A stretch of DNA of 64,000 nt from Halobacteriales archaeon QS_1_68_20 (GTDB lineage Archaea > Halobacteriota > Halobacteria > Halobacteriales > PXRE01). Positions within the stretch are counted from its first letter, which is position 1. Each line of letters begins with the position of its first letter. The stretch covers positions 3,433 through 67,432 of the forward strand of contig PXRE01000005.1 of assembly GCA_003021085.1 (NCBI GenBank). The letters are read 5' to 3'. A model generated the notes under the pieces. That model had not been told where the DNA came from. It saw only the letters and a list, made by a program, of their open reading frames with translations, and ran no database searches. Positions 38,140-47,709 of this stretch are shown here, in pieces. A program made the translations under genes and the position numbers.

Positions 38140-40097
38140 ATGGGATGTCCATTTCACGAATCCGACGGCGAGGCGGACGAGGATCGACCGGCGGCGGTGC
38201 GCGGCCCGGACGAGCAGGGGGTCGACCGCCGCGAGTTCACGAAGTCGGCGCTGGTGATCGGTGGCACCAACGCGCTGGCGACGGCGGTGGGCCTGTACGG
38301 GATGCCGGACACTGCGGCGGCAGAACCGGTCGGCGTGGCCCAGCGTAACGACCGCCAGCACGCCTGGGACGCCTTCGAAGCCGAGACGCGGGGCACCACC
38401 GTCCCGCCGGCCCACCACCTGATCCTGCTGGCCGACTACGGGGGGTCGGGCGAACCCTCACCCGGCCACCGCAAGCAGGCGACGGGCGCTTTCCGGCACC
38501 TGGAGGAGGCCTTCGAGTGGAGTCACCGGGGCCTGCTGTTCACCGTAGGGTACTCCCCGGCGTACTTCGACAGGTTCGACGAGGACCTGCCGTACGGTCC
38601 GGACCCCGACGGCGGCGCGGGCCTCCAGCGTCCCGAGACGACCATCGAGACGACCGCGATGGCCCACGAGGACCCCACGGCCGCACCTACGACGTCGTCG
38701 TCCACATGGCGAGCGACCACGTCCAGAACCTGCTGGCCGGGGAGGCGGCGCTGGGGGGCGAGAAACGCGAGGTCAACTGCGTCCGCTTCCGGGACACCCT
38801 CGGGGGCGTGTTCACCAGGCCGGAGTCGTACCCCGAGCGGCACACCGGGTTCGCGGGCCGCGAGAACCTTCGTGAGCAGCTGGACTCGACCGACTTCGAC
38901 GCCGACCGCGTCCCCGACGAGTCCGACCGCTCCATGGGGTTCGACCCGCTGTACGAGAACAGCGTCCCCCGCGAGACCAACGCGACCATCGTCGGGAACC
39001 AGAAACTCGTCGAACCCGCCCAGAAACTCGCACGCGCACGGTTCGACCTGGAGAACCGCCTGACCGACGACGCCGAGGGCCTGCCGACCGAGGAGCGCGA
39101 CGACGACCTGCGGGGCCACGACGGCGACCAGGAACTGGAGACGGTGATGCTCCGGCGGGACATCGACACCACCGACGGGAACCGGCCGGGCGTCCACTTC
39201 GTCGGCCTGATGCGGTTCAACGGCTACATGACCTACATGCGCCAGGCGATGAACGGCGTGGGGTTCGACACTGCGGCCTTCGGTCCGGACGACGACCGCC
39301 GCATCCAGCACGACGACGTCGAGGTCGACCAGCAGGACAACGGCATCGCCAACTACCTCACCACCCGGCGGCGGGGCAACTTCCCCGTGCCGCCGATCTC
39401 GCTCCGTGCGTTGCCCCATCCCCGGGCGCACGAGGCTACCGTCGACGTCCGGCGGGACGGCGACGCCTACGTCGTCACCGTCGACGCGGTGGAGGGCGGC
39501 GGCCGTCTCGACTCCGAGACCGTCAGGTTCGGCCACTACCGCGCCGTCAACCGCGGCGGCACGGCCCCGGCGACCGTCTCCCGCAAGCGTGGCACGCTCA
39601 CGTTCGAGTTTCCCGCGGACGGGACGGGGCTGGACGACGGCGGCCGGGCGAGACTGTTCGGGAACGAGCAGGGCACCCGCCGACCGGTCACCGGGACCGC
39701 AGACCTGTCGCGTCAGGACGAAAACGGGAAGGGGGAGGAGCCCGACCGCCCCCGCATGGAACCCGGCCGCGTCGTCGAGGACGCCGAACTCCGCAGCGCC
39801 GTGGTGGTGACGCCGCTGTTGCTCGTACTCCTCCTGACCTCCGGGTTCGGAACCGCTCCGGTCGCCGCGGCCGTCGGCCTCGTCTTCGGGCCGGTCGTCA
39901 CCTCCGTCAAGAACGTCCTCATCCGCGACGAGTTCCGGCAGGGCGCGTTCGTCCTGCTGGTCGTGGGCCTCGTCGGCGGACTGGCGTTCGTCGGCTACCT
40001 AGTCGAACTGCTGTGGCTACTCGTGGGGTACAACGTGGGGACTGCGGCGGTCGGCCTCTACGAGCGGCGTGTGCGGCCGCTGGTCGGTTCGGGGTAA
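38140..40097 (+). pseudogene. Tat-signal protein, possibly Dyp-peroxidase-related, with C-terminal TM helices; one frameshift near 38675
   Basis: ATG at 38140, twin-Arg VDRREFTKSAL. Frame 38047..39063 is sensible up to ...TAMAHEDP. Frame 38517..40097 is sensible from ...TYDVVVHMASDHVQNLL onward. The break is at a cccc run. The family call is weak (MLRRDIDTTDG...VHFVGLMRF resembles the Dyp C-terminal region). Confidence 0.5.
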
Positions 40098-40388
40098 CCG
40101 CCAGGCGGAAAATCAAACGTGACGGTCGGAAACGCTCAGTCGGAGTCTCGTTCGTCCCGGTCGGAACGCTGCCGGCCCTTCGCAACCCGCTCTCCCCCTC
40201 TCAGGAGGCTTTCCTCCGCTCGCTGGCGGTCGGACTGACCTCGGCCGGGATCGTCATCGGTCATTGTAGTGATCAGTTGCCGGGTTTAGCATCATAGTCC
40301 TTCGTACCGCCCCGGAACATCTCACGGGTTCTTGACTCGTACGCCGCCCGTCCATGTTCGTCGACGAGACGTGGTTCCGCTATCCGCC

Positions 40389-41952
40389 TTAAGTGTTCGT
40401 CCCGTCGAGCGTATCGTACACCACGTCGCCGTCCACGACCGTCGCCGCGACGTCGATGTCACGAATCTCGTGGTCGTCCTCCCAGGGCGACCGCTCCAGC
40501 ACCACCAGGTCCGCCCGTTTGCCTTCCTCGACGGTCCCGAGGCGGTCCTCGTCGAAGCCAGCGTACGCACCCCCGAGGGTGTACGCGCGCAGGGCCTCGG
40601 TCACCGTGAGACGCTGGCGCTCGTCGGGCGCGTGGACGGCGTGGTGGACGCCCGCCAGCGGCCCCAGCGGCATGGAGTCGCTACCGAACGCCAGCGGGAC
40701 GCCGGCGTCCAGCAGGTCGCGGTAGCGGTTCGAACGCCGCCGGCGAGTCTCGCCGAGGCGCTGGTCGTAGAGGCCGCCCTCGCCGGCCCACTGCAGGAAG
40801 TTCGGCTGGCAGGAGGCGACCATCCCCGCGTCGGCCATCCGCTCTGCGTGCTCGTCGTCGAACAGTTCGACGTGCTCGATCCGGTGGCGGGCCGCGCCGG
40901 GGTCGTCGGTGGCCGCGTAGCACTCGACCACGAGGTCGACGGCCTCGTCCCCGATGGCGTGGGTGACCATCTGGAGGCCGGCGTCGTCGACCCGCTCGAC
41001 CAGTTCGCTGAAGTCGTCGGGGTCGACGACCCACTGGCCGCGGCCGTCGTCGTCGCGGTCGGCCGGGTCGGCGCCGGCGTAGGGTTCGGTGACCTTCGCC
41101 GTCCGTCCGCCGAAACTGCCGTCGGTGAAGCTCTTGATCCCGCCGACGTCGACGAGGCCCCCGCCGTAGTTCGTGCGGAGGCCGGTCTCCAGCACCGCGT
41201 CGAGGTGGTCGCTCCAGTAGTCGATGCGGACCCGGAGGTCCAGCTCCCCGGCGCGGTCGAGTTCGCGGTAGACCCGCGGGGCGTACGAGTCCCGGACCTT
41301 CTCGTGGACGCAGGTGACCCCGAGTTCGAGCGCTCGGTCCCGGGCCGCGGTCACGAGGTCCCGAGTTTCGGCGACGTCGTCGCCGACGGCTTCTCGGACG
41401 ACGCCGACCGCGTCCTCGACGACGACGCCGGTGGGGTCGCCATCCTCGAACTCGACGTCGTCCTCCGGGAGGGCCTCGCGGAGTCGGTCGAGGCCGACCG
41501 AGTTCAGCGTCGCCGTGTGCATGTCCACGCGATAGGCGACGACGGGTCGCTCGTCGCTGACGCGGTCGAGGTCGCCCTTCCGGAGGTACCGGCCCTCTGG
41601 CCAGTCGCTCTCGTCCCAGCCGAACCCCTGGAGCCACTCGCGGTCGTCGGGGGCGTCCTCGCGGAGCGTCTCGACGGCGTCGTCGACCGAGTCGGCGGCC
41701 GAGAGGTCCGCGTGGACGACGTACTGGCCGGTCGACTCCATGTGCGTGTGGGCGTCCACGAAGCCCGGGAGGACGACGCGGCCGTCGAGGTCGATCACGT
41801 CCGTCTCGACGCCGGCGAGGAAGTCGACCTCGTAGGCTGACCCCACCCGGACGATCTCGCCGTCACGGACGGTCGCCCCACGGACTCCCCGGCGGCGGTG
41901 CGAGCGTGTGGACCTCGGCGTTCGTGAGGACGAGGTCCGCTTGCTGGGTCAT
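40389..41952 (-). pseudogene. amidohydrolase family (Amidohydro_3-like) metal-dependent hydrolase with an N-terminal frameshift near 41850-41880
   Basis: ATG at 41952 gives MTQQADLVLTNAEVHTLAPPPG..., then stops. The main frame (40389..41846) continues ...VRDGEIVRVGSAYEVDF...PGFVDAHTH. Confidence 0.65.
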
Positions 41953-42092
41953 ACCCGTGAGGCCGGGAGCGAGCGAGAAAGACGTTTGGGAACCGGGCGT
42001 TCGATACGCTGCTTCCTTCGTCTTTTCGTCTCTTCGTCGGCGACGCCAGAATGCCTCGCTCTCTTTGCGACCTACAGCTTGGACGATACCGC

Positions 42093-42215
42093 CCAGAAAG
42101 CCCCCGCCCGCTCGACCCGTCGGGTCTCGCTGCGCTCCTCGGTCGCTTCGCTCCCTGCGGTGCTTGCGTCGTCCGGGCGGGGTCGAGCGCACGGCCCCTT
42201 TCAGTCCCACCCGAC
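42093..42215. repeat. GC-rich intergenic repeat, family B module
   Basis: ccagaaagcccccgcccgctcgac...tcgctgcgctcctcggtcgc...gcggtgctt...cggcccctttcagtcccacccgac aligns with 56871..57033 in the same orientation. Internal inverted repeat gcccgctcgaccc / ggggtcgagcgc. Confidence 0.6.
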
Positions 42216-42304
42216 GTGGATCGTGCCGGACACCATCGCCTGTGTGAACGGTTCCTCTCGACTCCGCCAGAAGGCTTATCCTCGGTACGTGACGCCTGGA
42301 AGAC

Positions 42305-43585
42305 ATGTCTCCGGCCGGTGGCCGTCCTGGTGTAGGCTCCGAACTCGGTCGGCGGGAGTTCCTCGCGGCGACGGGCCTGGCGGTCGGCGCGTCGCTCGGC
42401 GGGTGTTCGGAGAACCGGGAGACGCCCGAACCCTTGCCGGAAGTCACGGACGGCGACTGGCCGATGGTCCACCGCTCGCGGACCCACCGGCGAACGCTGC
42501 CGGACGCCTCGGCGCCCTCGTCGTCGCCCAGCGAGGTCTGGCGCCGGGAGTTCGACCCGATTGTGAACCGCGTCCTGTCCGTCGGCGACCGCCTGCTGGT
42601 CGGCGTCGGGGCGAGTCTGTCGACCTACGAGACCCGGACCGTCGCGCTGGACCCCGAAACGGGGGAGACCCTGTGGGACCGCCCGGAGCGACTGGGCAAC
42701 GCCGTCGTCGACGGGACGATGGTTCGCGGCGGGTCGGCGGTCGTCGCACGGGATTTAGAGGACGGGGCAGTCCGCTGGCGCCACGAGACGCCGACCGTCC
42801 GGGGTGGCGTCCACGGCGACGTCACGAAGAGCGCCGTCGCCTATCCGCCCGCGGTCCACGACGGGACCGTGTACGTCGCCGTCGGCGCCCCGACGGACAT
42901 CCGGCCGTCTGTCCGGCGCGGGGGGTTGCCGAGGGTCCTCGCCCTCGACCTGGCCACCGGCGAACGCCGCTGGACGTACCGCTTCGAGGAGGGAACGGAG
43001 GGCGTCCTGCCGACGGCCGTGACCGTCGACGCCGACCGCATCTACGTCGCGGACCGGGCACTCGACCCGGCGAGCGGCGAACCCGTCTGGCGCTACCGGG
43101 CGGACGCCGACCGACCGGAGTACGCACCCCCGACGGTCGGGCGGGACGTGGCGTACCTCTACGCCACGGCGAGTCCGTTCGTGGCGGCCGTCGACGCCGA
43201 GACCGGCGAGACGGAGTGGCGGACGGACGCGGTTCCCGCTGGCGCTGACGCGGACTGTCCGGTCACGCTCGCGGACGGCCGGGTGTACTGCGGCGGGGTG
43301 GCGCTGGACGCTGGGACCGGGGACCGCGAATGGAGCCAGTGGGAGCACGCTGGCGTCCACGCGCCCGTGGGCGAACGGACGTACACGGTCAGGCGGACCG
43401 ACGGACTGGACCCGGTGGCGGTCGCGGTGGACGCGGCGACCGGCGAACCGGCCTGGAAGGAGCAGTTGCTCCCGGAGTTCGACCACTCGCGGTTCCTGGA
43501 ACCGCCCGTGGTCGGGGACGGACGGGTGTACGTCGCCGGCAGCGAGGCGAACCAGGTCAGCGGGGCCGTCGCCGCCTTCGAGTAG
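42305..43585 (+). CDS. PQQ-like beta-propeller repeat lipoprotein with Tat signal
   Basis: RREFLAATGLAVGASLGGCS (twin-Arg plus lipobox), then repeated ...D.ETGE..W... blades. Confidence 0.8.
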   Translation: MSPAGGRPGVGSELGRREFLAATGLAVGASLGGCSENRETPEPLPEVTDGDWPMVHRSRTHRRTLPDASAPSSSPSEVWRREFDPIVNRVLSVGDRLLVGVGASLSTYETRTVALDPETGETLWDRPERLGNAVVDGTMVRGGSAVVARDLEDGAVRWRHETPTVRGGVHGDVTKSAVAYPPAVHDGTVYVAVGAPTDIRPSVRRGGLPRVLALDLATGERRWTYRFEEGTEGVLPTAVTVDADRIYVADRALDPASGEPVWRYRADADRPEYAPPTVGRDVAYLYATASPFVAAVDAETGETEWRTDAVPAGADADCPVTLADGRVYCGGVALDAGTGDREWSQWEHAGVHAPVGERTYTVRRTDGLDPVAVAVDAATGEPAWKEQLLPEFDHSRFLEPPVVGDGRVYVAGSEANQVSGAVAAFE

Positions 43586-43685
43586 GAACCGCTCGCACAC
43601 CCGCCGCAAACCGCGTGTCCGGGTCGGTCGCGGTGGCCGTCGCCCGCGACTGTCACCGTCTCCGCGTCGGCAGGTCCCGGCTCGG

Positions 43686-44855
43686 CTACGCTTCCTGCGC
43701 GGACCCGACAGATCGGAGGTCGACGGGGTCGTCCTGCAGGTCGATCACGTGATCCGGCTTCGGTCCGGTCTTGAACAGGCCCAGCTCCGCGTCGGTGTTA
43801 GCGACCACCTCGTCGACCGATCGGAGCCACTCGCGGGTCTCAGGCGTTAGCTCTGCAAACGTGCCGACCCCGTAGTTGTCCACGTCCAGGTAATCGAGGA
43901 ACGTGATGGCGATCTTGTCGGGGTCGTTGAGTTCGATCGCCTCCCGGAACTGCTGCCAGGACCACTCGAAGACGCGCCGGTTGCGTTCGGTCACGCTCGC
44001 GAGCTCGGTCGGCGGCTCGTCGTGGCCGGCACGCTCGGCGATGGTCTCGAAGTCGATCTCCTCGGTGTCCATCGGCCCCGAGTTCTCTCCGGCGCGGATC
44101 GGGTACGTCCGGAAGACGACCCAGACGTCCCGGACCGCAGATGGCGGGAGCCCCGCCGACGAGAGGAACGACGACGCGGTGCAGTCCCGGGAGGTCGTGA
44201 ACGGGTAGTGGTTGCTCTGGTTCATCGAGAGCTGGGTCCCCTGGGTCCCCTCCACGATGACCGACTCGCCCCTGCGGCCGTACTCCAGGAGCCGGCTGGC
44301 GACCCGGCTGTCGACGTACGGCTGTAGTTCCGGACGGTCCTCGGCGAGGTCGGCGCTGCCTGCGCTCCGCCAGATCTTCTCGCTCCGGACCGCCCCACAG
44401 CCGTGAACCGTGGAGCCGATCTCCTCACCGAGACTCCGGTCGCGCTCGAGCTCGCGGTGGCCCTCGTCGATGATCGCCGCCTTCGGGTCGACGTAGATCC
44501 GGTCGCGAGTCCCCTCGCCGTGGAGGTCCACGAGGCGCTCGATCTCGTCCTGGATCTCCCCGAGTCCGAACGAGGATTCGGCGGCCATCAGCAGATCGAC
44601 CTCCGGGTCGACGATGCCGGGCGACGGGATGACCTGCTGGATGTGCGGCGACTCGTCGGCGTCGTAGACGGTGTGACCGGCGTTCGACGAACCGGGGCGA
44701 ACCGCGCCACCGTACTGGTTCCGTCTCGCGAGATGGCCCGCCACTGCACCCTTCCCCTCGCTCCCTGCCTGGCCGCCGACGACGACGTCTGCGAATCCCT
44801 GGGGGGGTTCCGCGATGTTCACGTTCGCTCGAGATTCTGTCCTATCAATTGACAT
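43686..44855 (-). CDS. divergent adenylosuccinate synthetase (PurA) family ligase
   Basis: PurA landmarks are present but altered: P-loop GGQAGSEGKG (canonical GxQWGDEGKG), SNAGHTV, IGSTVHGCGA, EGTQGTQLS, YPFTTSRD, VTERNRRVFEW (canonical TTGRxRRxGW). Confidence 0.75.
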   Translation of the reverse strand: MSIDRTESRANVNIAEPPQGFADVVVGGQAGSEGKGAVAGHLARRNQYGGAVRPGSSNAGHTVYDADESPHIQQVIPSPGIVDPEVDLLMAAESSFGLGEIQDEIERLVDLHGEGTRDRIYVDPKAAIIDEGHRELERDRSLGEEIGSTVHGCGAVRSEKIWRSAGSADLAEDRPELQPYVDSRVASRLLEYGRRGESVIVEGTQGTQLSMNQSNHYPFTTSRDCTASSFLSSAGLPPSAVRDVWVVFRTYPIRAGENSGPMDTEEIDFETIAERAGHDEPPTELASVTERNRRVFEWSWQQFREAIELNDPDKIAITFLDYLDVDNYGVGTFAELTPETREWLRSVDEVVANTDAELGLFKTGPKPDHVIDLQDDPVDLRSVGSAQEA

Positions 44856-44994
44856 TATACCTGACCGTATCCCGCTAATGTCGCGAAGCTATTAATTTTA
44901 ACTAATCTCAAATAGTATTAGGAAGAAAAAATTATTGGCATGGATACACTCGGCGGAACGATACGTGCCGGCCGCGAGCAGGGCCGTTGCGGCC

Positions 44995-45022
44995 GTCCAG
45001 GCCTTCAGGCCCCGGCCTGGAC
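44995..45022 (-). terminator. perfect 9-bp stem hairpin (GTCCAGGCC-N10-GGCCTGGAC) just downstream of the UbiA gene
   Basis: Read directly; located 24-51 nt past the stop at 45046. Function as a terminator is inferred. Confidence 0.35.
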
Positions 45023-45045
45023 GACGAGCTCGGGCCGGACCGTCC

Positions 45046-46086
45046 TCACACGTACACGCCAGCGTACGCCCCCATGAGCGCCAGGAGGTAGACCGCGTTG
45101 ACGATGTCGATCCGGTACAGCGTCGAGACGGTGCTCGTGTCGAAGACGTACAGGACGCCCGACGCGACGATGCCGAGCACGAGGAACCCGGCCAGCGCCA
45201 GCGGGTCCGCAACGCCGAGCAGCACCCCGCCGGCCACGTACGACACCGGGAAGCTCACCATGAGGTACTTGGTCGCGCGCTCGCGGCCCACCTTGACGAC
45301 GAAGTTCTCGACGCCGGACTTGGCGTCGTGTTCGGCGTCCTTGAGGTCCTTGTAGGACATGTTCAGCGCCATGAACAGGAACACGACGGCGGCGAGCCGC
45401 GTCGACTCCGTGGTCGGGGCATCGACGACCGCCGCGCTCCCCAGCAGCACGCCCGCGACGCCCATCAGGCCCGCGGAGACCATGCTGGTGACCACGCCTC
45501 CTTTGAGCCTGATCGGCGGAACCGAGTAGAGGACGTTGATGACGATCATCCAGATGGCACCGGCGACGGCGTACAGGTTGATGGCTGCCGCGAACCCGCC
45601 CCCGGCGATCCAGAGGACGACCGCGGCCACGAACGCCTCCCGGTCGGTCAGCTCGCCCTGGGCGGTCGCCCGGTGGGGGCTGGCGTGTTCGTCGGTCTCC
45701 CTGTCGAAGACGTCGTTCATGAACCACGAACCACACCACGTCAGCGCCAGCGCCCCGGCACCGGCCACGATGGTCGTCGCCGACGGGACCGCGTTCCCGG
45801 TCCCAACCATCTCGAAGACGATGCTGACCGCGAACAGCGCCCAGAATGCGATCACTGCCGACATCATCTTGGCCGTGCGCCTGCCGAGGAGCTTCGCCTT
45901 CCGGGGCTGGGTCACCGCGTACGCTGCGTAGGAGACGCCCAGCACTCCGGTGATCGCACCTACGAGAACCGTCGACGAGATCGGAACGACCGCACTCACG
46001 GCCGGGACACCTCCCACGGCTGATCGACGAGCGCGTCCGAGTCCTCCGGTACCTTCGACATGTCTCCCGATAGCAGCCCTTTCCAT
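45046..46086 (-). CDS. UbiA family membrane prenyltransferase
   Basis: First Asp-rich motif NDVFDRETDEH followed by HRATAQGELT; second motif YKDLKDAEHDAKSG; 8-9 TM helices. Confidence 0.85.
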   Translation of the reverse strand: MERAAIGRHVEGTGGLGRARRSAVGGVPAVSAVVPISSTVLVGAITGVLGVSYAAYAVTQPRKAKLLGRRTAKMMSAVIAFWALFAVSIVFEMVGTGNAVPSATTIVAGAGALALTWCGSWFMNDVFDRETDEHASPHRATAQGELTDREAFVAAVVLWIAGGGFAAAINLYAVAGAIWMIVINVLYSVPPIRLKGGVVTSMVSAGLMGVAGVLLGSAAVVDAPTTESTRLAAVVFLFMALNMSYKDLKDAEHDAKSGVENFVVKVGRERATKYLMVSFPVSYVAGGVLLGVADPLALAGFLVLGIVASGVLYVFDTSTVSTLYRIDIVNAVYLLALMGAYAGVYV

Positions 46087-46127
46087 TTATTGCTTTTCTA
46101 AAATAAATTACCTGTCGTGTTCCCAAA

Positions 46128-46136
46128 CTTTATATT
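46128..46136 (+). promoter_or_regulatory. TATA box (CTTTATATT) about 26 nt upstream of the ATG at 46158, within a 70-bp AT-rich divergent promoter region
   Basis: Spacer 46087..46157 is strongly AT-rich. A mirror box ATTTATTTTA on the minus strand lies about 20-25 nt from the UbiA start. Confidence 0.5.
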
Positions 46137-46157
46137 GTTTGTTGTCACTTCCTCTCC

Positions 46158-47132
46158 ATGGTGTACGTAGGAGTTGATCACTCGACGACTGGCGTGAAAG
46201 TAGGGATACTGGACGGCGACGAGGAGCAAACGGCGTTCACGCTCGACCGGGCCCGCCTCGGGGACGGGAGCGTCACCCTCCTCGACGCGCTCTCCGAGCG
46301 CGTGACCACTGACGCCATCGACCGGGCGGCGATCACCTACAGCTGGGGCAACGGCATCGCGTCCATCCAGGACATCGAGCGGACCGACAATCGGGGGATC
46401 AAGGATCACATCGGCGCGGGGTACGAACTCGGCGGGGGCACTGCCGCCTACGACGAGCTCGAAGCGTCGTCCGTGCCGGCCGTGGTGATCCCGGGGGTCC
46501 ACAGGGAACTCCCACCGCTGCACCCGTACTTCAGCCACTACTCGGCGCTGGCCGGCGGCGACAAGGTGGCCGCGATCCGGTACGCCCAGCACCGACTGGC
46601 CGACGAGACCGACGGCGAGGAGTTCATCTGGGCGTGCGCGAGCTCCTCCTGCATGGCCGGACTCGTCTCCGACGGTGCGCTCCGTGGCTTCTTCCACTGG
46701 ATGGGGCTGATGCATGGGTGGCCCGACCCGGAGGCGTTGCGGGAGATGGACGAGGACCGGGTCGAGGACGTCCTGATGCGGTGTGGCGTTCTCCACCGCT
46801 CGGGCCTGGAGTTCGACGAGATCAGGGAGACGCCCGACGAGCAAGCGATGGAGATGTGCTACTGGGCGACGGTCCACAACATCTACTCCCTGGTGCCGTT
46901 CGCCCACGAGACCGGCGGCGGGCCGCCGGAGGCGATCGCCCTCACCGGACGGTTGACCCGGGTCGACGAGCCGGACCTGTCCGGCCGGGTCGCCGAGACC
47001 TGCTCGGACGTGGCTCCCACCTACCGGTGTGGCGAGTACAGCTCGGCGTACGGAGCCGCCCACGTTGCCCGCGACGTCGACCGCGGCGAACCGGACGTCC
47101 TCGGCATCCCCGTCGCGGAGGGTCTGGCATGA
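46158..47132 (+). CDS. ASKHA-fold (sugar kinase/Hsp70/actin-like) protein, DUF1464/UPF0285-like
   Basis: N-terminal phosphate-1 motif VYVGVDHSTTGVKVGI; 324 aa. Family name recalled, not searched. Confidence 0.55.
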   Translation: MVYVGVDHSTTGVKVGILDGDEEQTAFTLDRARLGDGSVTLLDALSERVTTDAIDRAAITYSWGNGIASIQDIERTDNRGIKDHIGAGYELGGGTAAYDELEASSVPAVVIPGVHRELPPLHPYFSHYSALAGGDKVAAIRYAQHRLADETDGEEFIWACASSSCMAGLVSDGALRGFFHWMGLMHGWPDPEALREMDEDRVEDVLMRCGVLHRSGLEFDEIRETPDEQAMEMCYWATVHNIYSLVPFAHETGGGPPEAIALTGRLTRVDEPDLSGRVAETCSDVAPTYRCGEYSSAYGAAHVARDVDRGEPDVLGIPVAEGLA

Positions 47133-47674
47133 GCCGGATCTTCGTCGCCGGGCCGATCGACTACCGACCGCTGAACGAGGTCGTCGACTACCGGCTGCGG
47201 CTCGCCGACTTGGTGCGGGAGGAGGGGCACTCGCTCGTCGACCAGTACTCCGGCGCCCTCGAACGGGTGGCCGACATCGACTTCGGCGGCGGACCCGTCG
47301 ACCTCGACGAGATCCGGGACGTCATCGCCTCGCTCCCGGACGAGCCGTACGTGGAGGCGCTCAGACACGCCATCGACGAGCACTCGCTGCTCGCAGTGGT
47401 CCAGTCGCCGGGCCTCGTTCCCGAGGAGATGCCGCCAGAGATCGTCGAGGCGCTCGTCCACCGTGACCTCGAGCTGGTCGAGGAGGCCGACGCCGTCCTG
47501 GCGTACCTCCCGCGGCCGTCCTGTGGGACGACGGCCGAGATCGTCCACGCCCACGACCTCGGGCTCCCCATCGTCGTCGTCAGCGAGGAACCGCCCACGT
47601 TCATCCGGTACTACGCCGACGAGGTGCTGACCGACGAGGCCGACGCGATCGCCGCGCTGGAGGACTACGTCTAG
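47129..47674 (+). CDS. nucleoside 2-deoxyribosyltransferase-like (Rossmann-like N-glycosidase/transferase fold) protein
   Basis: ATGA overlap with the upstream gene. MSRIFVAGPI start and LPRPSCGTTAEIVHAHDLGLPIVVV match the family pattern xxGTxxExGxA with the catalytic Glu. Confidence 0.5.
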   Translation: MSRIFVAGPIDYRPLNEVVDYRLRLADLVREEGHSLVDQYSGALERVADIDFGGGPVDLDEIRDVIASLPDEPYVEALRHAIDEHSLLAVVQSPGLVPEEMPPEIVEALVHRDLELVEEADAVLAYLPRPSCGTTAEIVHAHDLGLPIVVVSEEPPTFIRYYADEVLTDEADAIAALEDYV

Positions 47675-47709
47675 GGGCCGGTTCGCACTCGTACACGGGA
47701 ACGTGACCC

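Noticed and set aside
43686-47674. Phage-type 2-aminoadenine (Z-genome) module, because PurZ is a PurA paralog.
   Set aside because: None of the companion functions (dATP/dGTP pyrophosphatases, dedicated polymerase) or any viral genes are present. The neighbours are membrane prenyltransferase and cyclase genes. PurZ-specific residues cannot be verified without an alignment.
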